Positions 9,862-17,732 of a DNA stretch of 64,000 bases are shown one piece after another. The notes below the pieces were generated by a model that searched no databases, had not been told where the DNA came from, and saw only the letters and a list, made by a program, of their open reading frames with translations. Numbering within the stretch: the first letter of the stretch is position 1; each line of letters opens with the position of its first letter. Source of the stretch: Candidatus Kapaibacterium sp. (GTDB lineage Bacteria > Bacteroidota > Ignavibacteria > Kapaibacteriales > UBA2268); contig OY762428.1 in assembly GCA_963665665.1 (NCBI GenBank), positions 5,088,001 through 5,152,000 on the forward strand, written 5' to 3'. The translations under genes were made by a program, and so were the position numbers.

Positions 9862-10425
9862 ATGAAATTATTAATTGGAGCTTTGTTAACATTTGGAATA
9901 GTCGTAATGGTTTCATGCTCATCATCAAAAAAATGTAGTGATTATAACAATATGTATGAATTAAATAATGATGAGTGCCTGGCTTTAAATATGGCCATTG
10001 GTCAGTCCGTAAATGGTGTTACAAACAACGAATTTTATTTACTAAATTTTGAAACAAGCATTGAATTACTTGGGGAAAATAACATAGCCGGATATTTTCA
10101 GGGTGAATTTAAACCTGATCAGGGGTTTATTAAGAAGTTTGCAGAACAGAATAATACTAAAGCAAGAATTCCGGATGATTGTTTTGGAGATAATAAATCA
10201 ATAAAATTACACAAAGAAAATTCTGCAATGCCTAAACCGGAGGAAAGCGGAGCAAAAGGAAATATATCTGTATCACGGCCGGTGATCAGCGACGATGGTA
10301 ATTTCATGCTTATTTATATATCTGTTTACAAAGGGCCTTTGGCCGGGTCAGGAAAGATATTATTTCTGGAAAAAACAATGGGTGCATGGCTAATAAAGAA
10401 TACCGGCCTGGTGTGGATGTCGTAA
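9862..10425 (+). CDS. Hypothetical lipoprotein
   Basis: Start reassigned to ATG 9862 (GAGG upstream, 1 nt after the GT4 stop). Lipoprotein signal 'MKLLIGALLTFGIVVMVS-C'. Confidence 0.7.
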   Translation: MKLLIGALLTFGIVVMVSCSSSKKCSDYNNMYELNNDECLALNMAIGQSVNGVTNNEFYLLNFETSIELLGENNIAGYFQGEFKPDQGFIKKFAEQNNTKARIPDDCFGDNKSIKLHKENSAMPKPEESGAKGNISVSRPVISDDGNFMLIYISVYKGPLAGSGKILFLEKTMGAWLIKNTGLVWMS

Positions 10426-10515
10426 AATTATAAAATCTTGTATAAGATTTTCTTTAGCTAATATTAATGATATATTGTAGAATAAATTCAAATATAACTT
10501 GATAAATGGCAAATC

Positions 10516-11421
10516 ATGAGTAAAAAAACAAAAGGACCTGAATTCTTAAGATTTTTCCATCCACTAGTTGAAGTTTTAAAAGAATTAGGAGGATCCGGAA
10601 ATTCCTCAGAAGTGACTGATTTAGTTGTTGAACGAATGAATATTTCTGAATATGATTTGGAACAAAAACTTAAGAGTGGAGCTTCCAGAATAAAAAATCA
10701 AATTGCTTGGGCACGGAACTATCTGGTTAGAGCAGGAGTCATGGATGATACCTCAAAAAGGGGTTTATGGAGTTTGACGGAAGAAGGATTTAAACGAGAG
10801 ATATCGAAAGAAGAATCATTAAGAATTTTCAAAAAAGTTCAATCTAAATATTCTAACAATGATACGGAAAAACGAAGCCCAACCAACGAAATTATTCATG
10901 AAGTATCCAAAAATGATTCAAATGATATCGAAGATGATATTGAGACATCTGTATCATCAGATAATGATCATTCTAATAAACTTTTAAATATTTTACAAAA
11001 TATTCCACCAGAAGGATTTGAAAGATTATGCCAAAGACTGCTAAGAGAATCCGGTTTTAAAAAAGTTGTAGTAACTGGTAAATCTGGTGATGGAGGAATA
11101 GATGGCGAAGGAATTTTGGAAATAAATCCGTTAATGAGTTTTAAAGTTTTGTTTCAGGCTAAAAGATACCAAGGTACTGTAGGTTCACCAATTATTCGAG
11201 ATTTTAGAGGAGCTATGCAGGGTAGAGCTGATAAAGGGATAATAATAACTACTGGAAGATTCTCTGTTGAAGCAAAAAAAGAATCAATACGAGATGGAGC
11301 TCCACCGATTGAACTTGTTGATGGAGATTTGCTAGTTAAGTTATTTGAAGAAAATCAATTAGGACTGAAACCAAAGATTATCTATGAAATTGATAACAAG
11401 TTTTTTGATGAATTTAGATGA
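10516..11421 (+). CDS. mrr: Mrr-family (type IV) restriction endonuclease
   Basis: N-terminal winged helix 'NQIAWARNYLVRAG...RGLWSLTEEG'. Catalytic 'GDGGIDG...FQAKRY...IRDFRGAM...KGIIITTGRF...IELVDG'. Confidence 0.92.
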   Translation: MSKKTKGPEFLRFFHPLVEVLKELGGSGNSSEVTDLVVERMNISEYDLEQKLKSGASRIKNQIAWARNYLVRAGVMDDTSKRGLWSLTEEGFKREISKEESLRIFKKVQSKYSNNDTEKRSPTNEIIHEVSKNDSNDIEDDIETSVSSDNDHSNKLLNILQNIPPEGFERLCQRLLRESGFKKVVVTGKSGDGGIDGEGILEINPLMSFKVLFQAKRYQGTVGSPIIRDFRGAMQGRADKGIIITTGRFSVEAKKESIRDGAPPIELVDGDLLVKLFEENQLGLKPKIIYEIDNKFFDEFR

Positions 11422-11661
11422 TATATATCACATTTCAACTCAATATTTATCAATAGAATTTTGTTCAAAGAAATTTGGTTAAACTTATATACAAATCAAT
11501 GTGACTTTTTTTTTCTTAGATTGAATTCTCATGTTATTCATAAATTTTCACTTTCTTGTGAATATTTTTATGAAATAATTGCCAAATATATTAATTTTGG
11601 TTCTTGGAAAGCGAAACAATCGCGAAGAGTTAGGATTAATATAATTTTTTTGGAGTAAATT

Positions 11662-12741
11662 ATGGCAAGAGCACACAATTTTAGCGCTGGACCGGCAGTT
11701 CTTCCGGTTGACGTTCTGAAAGAAACTGCTGATGCAGTTCTTGATTACAACGGGCTTGGCATGTCTATCATGGAAATGAGCCATCGTTCAAAAGAGTATG
11801 ATGATGTTTTTACCGAAGCACAGGCTGATGTTCTTAAATTGATGAATCTTCCGGCAGACGAATATTCCGTCCTTTTCCTTGGTGGCGGAGCCAGTACTCA
11901 GTTCCTTATGATACCGATGAACTTCCTGCATACAAGTGCAGACTATGTAAACACCGGTGCATGGTCAAAGAAAGCTATAAAAGAAGCAAACTGGGTTGGA
12001 AAAGCAAACGTTGTTGCCAGCTCTGAAGATAAAACTTACAACTATATCCCGAAAGAGCTGAACTGGGATAACAACGCTGACTATGCTCATATTACAACTA
12101 ACAACACAATTTACGGTACACGCTGGAATAAGATTCCTGAAGTAAACGTTCCTCTTGTTGCTGATATGTCTTCGGATATTTTCTCACGTCCGCTTGATTT
12201 CTCAAAATTCAACCTTATCTATGCAGGCGCTCAGAAAAATATCGGACCGGCAGGTGCTACTCTCGTTGTTATTAAAAATTCATGGCTTGAAGAAAAAGGC
12301 AAAGATGCCCCGACTATGCTGAACTTTAAAACTCATACAGCAAAAGGTTCTATGTTCAATACGCCTCCGACTCTTCCAGTATTTGTTGTTGGCCGTACAA
12401 TGAAATGGATTATGAACCAGGGCGGCCTGGCTGCTCTCGAAGAAATCAATAACAAAAAAGCTAACATGCTTTATGATTTCATCGATGCCAACCTTGACTT
12501 CTACAAAGGAACAGTGCCGGATAAATCAGACCGTTCCATTATGAACATTACATGGAACCTGAACACACCTGAACTGGAAGCAAAATTCATTGCAGAAGCC
12601 AGGGACAAATACAACATGACTAACCTTAAAGGCCACCGCTCTGTAGGCGGCGTTCGCGCATCCATCTATAATGCATGCACAATGAACTCAGTTGAAACAC
12701 TCGTTAAGTTTATGGAAGAATTCATGGCTGCAAACAAGTAA
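11662..12741 (+). CDS. serC: Phosphoserine aminotransferase
   Basis: 'NFSAGPAVLP', 'MEMSHRS', 'DMSSD', PLP lysine 'AGAQKNIGPAG', 'FNTPP', 'KGHRSVGGVRASIYN'. GGAG RBS. Confidence 0.97.
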   Translation: MARAHNFSAGPAVLPVDVLKETADAVLDYNGLGMSIMEMSHRSKEYDDVFTEAQADVLKLMNLPADEYSVLFLGGGASTQFLMIPMNFLHTSADYVNTGAWSKKAIKEANWVGKANVVASSEDKTYNYIPKELNWDNNADYAHITTNNTIYGTRWNKIPEVNVPLVADMSSDIFSRPLDFSKFNLIYAGAQKNIGPAGATLVVIKNSWLEEKGKDAPTMLNFKTHTAKGSMFNTPPTLPVFVVGRTMKWIMNQGGLAALEEINNKKANMLYDFIDANLDFYKGTVPDKSDRSIMNITWNLNTPELEAKFIAEARDKYNMTNLKGHRSVGGVRASIYNACTMNSVETLVKFMEEFMAANK

Positions 12742-12771
12742 GAAACTGACAAATAATATTTTATTTTGAAT

Positions 12772-12810
12772 GCTGTCCGATACCCTGCCGGTGTCGGATA
12801 GCTTGTTTTT
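12772..12810 (+). terminator. Intrinsic terminator of serC
   Basis: GCTGTCCGATACC / GGTGTCGGATAGC 13-bp stem (with G-U pairs) followed by TTGTTTTT. Confidence 0.85.
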
Positions 12811-13029
12811 GTATAGCATGGCAGCGTAAGTTATTTCAATAACCAATTAAGTTGAATATATTCCCGGTTTTGAGGTTAGAAAATAATTAATAGAAACGCC
12901 AACCAAATATGATCCCTCATTAGCTGTATTCATGGCAGGTATGCAAGATTCTGTGTAACAACAGGTCAGTAATTTTTTAATTTTATTCTGTTCCACTTTT
13001 TTTTCTGAAAACTGAAATACTATGCTTTT

Positions 13030-13045
13030 AGGAACGTTTTTTGCT
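13030..13045 (+). promoter_or_regulatory. Candidate sigma-54 (-24/-12) promoter upstream of the SDR-LOG operon
   Basis: AGGAACG-TTTT-TTGCT versus consensus TGGCACG-N4-TTGCW, with exact GG-N10-GC spacing. Confidence 0.4.
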
Positions 13046-13166
13046 TAAGTTGTTGATTTAATATCATAGGTAGGATTATACTTATAACTCTAAAATGATA
13101 ATTAAAGTCAGAACTGAAAGTGATTTATCAACGTATTAAATAGAAAGTACTAACTGAAGGATTGTG

Positions 13167-13892
13167 ATGGCAACAATATTAATAACCGGATCGGGAAAGA
13201 GAATAGGCAGGTCGCTTGCAATTGAATTTGCCACCAAAGGCTATGATATAATTGTGCATTACAATAATTCCAAAGATAAAGCAGATGAAACATGCCATGA
13301 AATTTCTTCAATTGGAAGAAAAGTATATTCGATGAAAGCTGACCTTGGCAATCCGCATGATATCGAGTCTATGTTTCACAAAATTAAACAATTAAGCATG
13401 GTTCCGGATATTCTTGTAAATAATGCAGGTGTTTTTCCCGGAAGAAAGAAAATAAGCGATATGGGTGTAGTGGAGTGGGACGAAGTGCTAAATGTTAACC
13501 TTAGATCGCAATTCCTTTGTTCAAAAGATTTTATAAGTCTTAATCCGGCAGGGGGCAGAATAATTAATATTGCTTCTCTCGGAGCTTTGGAAGTATGGAA
13601 AGAAAGAACTCCATATAATGTATCCAAAGCCGGCGTTGTTCAGCTGACTAAATCAATGGCAAGAGACCTTGCACCTGAATTTTCAGTTAACTGTGTGTGC
13701 CCCGGTGCTATTAGTATTCCCGGTGAACAAGGTCCCGGAGATGGCAATATGGCGAGGCTGAATAAGATACCAATGGGGCGATACGGGCTTCCGAAAGATG
13801 TTTTTGATGCAGTCTATTTCTTCGCCACAGCTTCTAAATACATAACAGGACAAACCCTGACAGTTGACGGAGCGTATCATTTGTGCAGATGA
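13167..13892 (+). CDS. SDR oxidoreductase, pteridine reductase/FolM-like
   Basis: 'ITGSGKRIG' and 'VHYNNS' resemble pteridine reductases. Also 'LVNNAG', catalytic 'YNVSK' and 'ITGQTLTVDG'. Confidence 0.85.
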   Translation: MATILITGSGKRIGRSLAIEFATKGYDIIVHYNNSKDKADETCHEISSIGRKVYSMKADLGNPHDIESMFHKIKQLSMVPDILVNNAGVFPGRKKISDMGVVEWDEVLNVNLRSQFLCSKDFISLNPAGGRIINIASLGALEVWKERTPYNVSKAGVVQLTKSMARDLAPEFSVNCVCPGAISIPGEQGPGDGNMARLNKIPMGRYGLPKDVFDAVYFFATASKYITGQTLTVDGAYHLCR

Positions 13893-13922
13893 TTTTTTTA
13901 ATTATTAAATATAGGTAAGAAA

Positions 13923-14783
13923 ATGGAAAACGAATTTGAAATTCCTGAAGTAAAAATTCAAAAAGCTGCCAAGGCATATAATAATATTGAGTTCCTTCAC
14001 AGCAGCGAGGGAAGGGTTGTCCGAATGCTTTCAGAATATTTATATCCGGGACAGCAGTTCGGAAAATTCGGGATAAAAAACCTGATAATTTTTTTCGGTT
14101 CGGCAAGAACCAAACCAATTGCAGAATGGAATAGAATAGAAAAGGAACTGGAAGCAAAAATTAAAACAGCCAGCGACGGCAGGAAGCAGCAATTTGAAGA
14201 AAAACTGGATATTCACAGGAAAAGAAAATATCTGTCCGAGTGCTATGAAGATTCGGTAAAATTGGCCGAAATGCTTACAAAATGGTCTTTGGACCTTCCA
14301 TATAAAAAGCAGTTCCATATCGGTACAGGGGGAGGCCCGGGTATGATGGAAGCCGCCAACAAAGGAGCACAAAATGCCGGTGGAAAATCGGTAGGGTTGA
14401 ACATCAGCCTTCCATTCGAGCAGTTCCCGAATCAATTTATTTCTCCTGAATTGAATTTTGAATTTCACTATTTCTTTATGAGGAAATTCTGGTTTGTATA
14501 TCTCGGCAGGGCAATAGTTGTTTTTCCGGGCGGATTTGGCACTATGGATGAATTGTTCGAGCTTTTAACTCTGATTCAAACTCATAAATTAAGCCATAGA
14601 AAACCAATTGTCCTGTACAATAGTAACTTCTGGAAAAAGCTGATCAACTTCGATCATTTCGTGGAAATGGGTGTAATAAACAAGGCTGATCTTGAGCTAT
14701 TCAAGTTTGCTGATACACCTGAAACAGCTTTTAATTATATTACCGGCGAGCTTGAAAAATTATATAATCTTGAATTAGTATAA
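13923..14783 (+). CDS. LOG family (TIGR00730-like) phosphoribohydrolase
   Basis: 'FFGSART', 'TGGGPGMMEAAN', 'FHYFFMRKFWF', 'PGGFGTMDELFE'. Confidence 0.9.
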   Translation: MENEFEIPEVKIQKAAKAYNNIEFLHSSEGRVVRMLSEYLYPGQQFGKFGIKNLIIFFGSARTKPIAEWNRIEKELEAKIKTASDGRKQQFEEKLDIHRKRKYLSECYEDSVKLAEMLTKWSLDLPYKKQFHIGTGGGPGMMEAANKGAQNAGGKSVGLNISLPFEQFPNQFISPELNFEFHYFFMRKFWFVYLGRAIVVFPGGFGTMDELFELLTLIQTHKLSHRKPIVLYNSNFWKKLINFDHFVEMGVINKADLELFKFADTPETAFNYITGELEKLYNLELV

Positions 14784-15004
14784 GTACTATCATTTTCAAA
14801 TCATTATATTTGTATTATAATAAAAAGAAAAGCCAAATATCAGGCTAAATTATTGAAAATAATACCAATAATGGAAATATTGAAATAGTACTGAAAATAA
14901 TTTCATAAACAATTGTATTTTTTTTTATAATATATTGAAAAATAAGTAATTAATAAAATATTTCATTATACTGAAAGTATTATCAGTAAAAGAGAGGGGA
15001 TATT

Positions 15005-16945
15005 ATGACGTTATTATCAAGAACTCTGGGCATGTTGTTTTTTCTGATTTTTTCCGGAACAACGATTGCCGGTGAATTAGATATCAGCCCGGAGAAACCA
15101 ACAGCCGGAAGCAGATTAAATTTTATCTACAAGGCTGATGAGCTTTTGAAATCTAATCCGGAAATCAATCTGTTTGCATACGTGTATATTTCTAATAACC
15201 CGGAAGCAAAAGCATACCAGATTAGCCTTAGTAAAACTTCAGGCGACAATTATTCCGGTACTTTTGTATTACCTGAAAAATCTGTTTTCCTACTTTTCAA
15301 AATTGACGGCAGGGATGAGTACTTTGACGTTGGGGATAACAATAAAGGCCGTATGTGGGATTTAATTGTTTACGATTCCAAATCCACTCCTGTTGAAGAA
15401 GCTCATCTGAGGTGTGCGCAATCATATCTGGGTGCTGTTCCGGAAAATATGAAAAGGCTGATAGATTATACAGGTGCATTGCAAAAACTCAGGGAAGAAG
15501 TAACGCTTTATCCTGATAATGAGCTTGCAAAGATCGCTCGGGCGTCATTGATGTACGACCTGAGAAAACTAACATACGATGATTTTGAGAAAACAGTTAC
15601 CAATCTTGCCGATAGTGATTTTGATAAATCAGACAAAGAACTTCTGCAGGCATTGATCAGAGGGCTTAGAACCATCAATAAGGAAAGTAAAGCTGAAGAC
15701 CTTCAGGAAGATTATTCGAAAAAATTTGAAAAAGAAAAATTAAAAGCTGTAATAGATTACGAGAACGTAACAAAAGCAGGTTCCCGAATTGAATTCAACG
15801 AAAAAGCTGTTCAATTTTTGAAAGAACATGAAAAATCGGAATACAGGAAAAAGGTTTTTGATGCGTGGGCTGGCATTTATCTCAAATCCGGTGAATTGAA
15901 AGAACTTGTTCTGGAACTTGACAAAATTGGAAATATTAAACCGGAGTTATATGCTGACCTGGCTGTAAAAATTGTCAGTTCAGAAGATATTCCGGATAAT
16001 ATGTCGGTGGTGGAAAAAGTTCAGGAAGCTAAAAGTATTTATAATTTTAAGATAAAGCATATACTTGATGATGACAATTATTTTGAAAATGAAAAAACCA
16101 AGCCTTCCTACCTGACAAATTCCGAGTGGGCTGCTGACAGGCTGGTAGCAAGAGCAAATCTTGCTGTTATGTCTGCTAAGATTTTCGAGAAGGCGGAAAT
16201 GCCAAAAGCCAACCTGGAACTTCTTGAAAAAGCAAAAAACTGGCTTGGATTTCGTGCCGGAACTTCCTTCTACGAAACACTGATAGAGGCCTGCCTTATG
16301 GCTGATAATGACCGGAAAGCTTATGACTACTCTGTGGAAGCCATAGAAAATTCAGCTGATTCTCCGAGGATAAGCGAAGTATTTCAGAGGGGTTTTAAAA
16401 GATACGTTAAGGGAAGTGATGATGATATGAATGACTACCTTGCTAAACTTGGTGAAAAAGCATATAATAAACGACTCGATGAAACAATGTCCGAAATGAT
16501 CGAAATTAAAGATATTAACGGTATTTTTATAACACCTGACGGCAGAATGCTTGATTTCGATGATTTGAAAGGCAGATATACCGTAATAACTTTCTGGGCA
16601 ACCTGGTGCGAACCCTGCGACCTTATCTTTCCATCGTTGGAAAACCTGTTTTCCAGATATGAAAATAATCCTGATATTGCTATTATCGGCATTGATATCT
16701 GGGAGAAATCTGATGACAGGGCAGAACTGATTTTCAATCACTTAGAAAAAAATCCTTATAAAATTCCTTTATTTTACGATCAGTTCGATTATCTTCCTAC
16801 AAAGCTTGGTATCAGCGGGCTCCCGACAACTGTTATTCTTGACGAAAATGCAGATGTACGGTTTATTATTAATGGTTTTACAAACGAAATCGATTTTGTT
16901 ACTAAAGTTGAAGACAGATTGCGAATATTAAGTAACGAGAAGTAA
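15005..16945 (+). CDS. Secreted helical-repeat protein with C-terminal TlpA-like thioredoxin domain
   Basis: Signal peptide, long helical middle region, C-terminal 'FWATWCEPC' and 'GLPTTVILD'. GAGGGG RBS. Confidence 0.8.
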   Translation: MTLLSRTLGMLFFLIFSGTTIAGELDISPEKPTAGSRLNFIYKADELLKSNPEINLFAYVYISNNPEAKAYQISLSKTSGDNYSGTFVLPEKSVFLLFKIDGRDEYFDVGDNNKGRMWDLIVYDSKSTPVEEAHLRCAQSYLGAVPENMKRLIDYTGALQKLREEVTLYPDNELAKIARASLMYDLRKLTYDDFEKTVTNLADSDFDKSDKELLQALIRGLRTINKESKAEDLQEDYSKKFEKEKLKAVIDYENVTKAGSRIEFNEKAVQFLKEHEKSEYRKKVFDAWAGIYLKSGELKELVLELDKIGNIKPELYADLAVKIVSSEDIPDNMSVVEKVQEAKSIYNFKIKHILDDDNYFENEKTKPSYLTNSEWAADRLVARANLAVMSAKIFEKAEMPKANLELLEKAKNWLGFRAGTSFYETLIEACLMADNDRKAYDYSVEAIENSADSPRISEVFQRGFKRYVKGSDDDMNDYLAKLGEKAYNKRLDETMSEMIEIKDINGIFITPDGRMLDFDDLKGRYTVITFWATWCEPCDLIFPSLENLFSRYENNPDIAIIGIDIWEKSDDRAELIFNHLEKNPYKIPLFYDQFDYLPTKLGISGLPTTVILDENADVRFIINGFTNEIDFVTKVEDRLRILSNEK

Positions 16946-16949
16946 ATAA

Positions 16950-17555
16950 ATGACAAATAATGATATTGTCCGTTGCGACTGGGCCGGGAACAACCCTGTG
17001 ATGATAAATTATCACGACAATGAATGGGGCGAGCCGGTTTATGACGACAGGAAATTATTTGAATTCCTGATGCTCGATGCATTTCAGGCAGGCCTTAGCT
17101 GGGCAATTATCTTGAACAAAAGGGAAAATTTCCGTAAAGCATTTGATAATTTCGACCCTGAAAAGATAGTTAAATACGATGATAATAAAATTGCGGAATT
17201 AATTGAAAATAAAGGTATAATAAGAAACAAACTGAAAATCAGTTCTATGATTACAAACTCCCGTTCCTATTTGGATATTATGGATCAGAACGGTAGTTTT
17301 AGTGATTTCCTGTGGCAGTTTACTGAAGGCAGAATAATTGCAGGGAAATACAATTGCTGGAAGGAAATTCCTGCTACAAGCAAAGAATCTGATGATATGA
17401 GCAAAGCTTTGAAAAAAGCTGGTTTTAAATTTGTCGGTTCAACTATTTGCTATGCTTTCATGCAGGCTGTCGGGATGGTAAACGATCATACTATGCAATG
17501 CTTCAGGTACGAACAACTTATTGAAGAAAACAAGGAAAAAGTAATATTCCGCTAA
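16950..17555 (+). CDS. tag: DNA-3-methyladenine glycosylase I
   Basis: 'RCDWA', 'YHDNEWG', 'LFEFLMLDAFQAGLSW', 'IIRNKLKI', 'GFKFVGSTICYAFMQAVGMVNDH'. Confidence 0.96.
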   Translation: MTNNDIVRCDWAGNNPVMINYHDNEWGEPVYDDRKLFEFLMLDAFQAGLSWAIILNKRENFRKAFDNFDPEKIVKYDDNKIAELIENKGIIRNKLKISSMITNSRSYLDIMDQNGSFSDFLWQFTEGRIIAGKYNCWKEIPATSKESDDMSKALKKAGFKFVGSTICYAFMQAVGMVNDHTMQCFRYEQLIEENKEKVIFR

Positions 17556-17577
17556 ATTTTATGTAACTATTTCAATT

Positions 17578-17618
17578 AACAGCGTGTTTCATTATTGGGA
17601 ACACGCTGTTTCCTTTTT
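17578..17618 (+). terminator. Intrinsic terminator after tag
   Basis: AACAGCGTGTTT / GAACACGCTGTT stem followed by TCCTTTTT. Confidence 0.8.
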
Positions 17619-17732
17619 GTAATTATTTATTGTTGAAGTTTTTGATCTAATTTGTTTCTTAAGGATAAAAAATTTCGTAAATTTATATGATATAGAAAAA
17701 TGGTATTAGCATCAAATAATAAGGACATGATG

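Noticed and set aside
12811-13029. Riboswitch upstream of the pteridine-reductase-like gene
   Set aside because: I could not match any known aptamer consensus by eye. An Rfam scan would be needed to exclude one.
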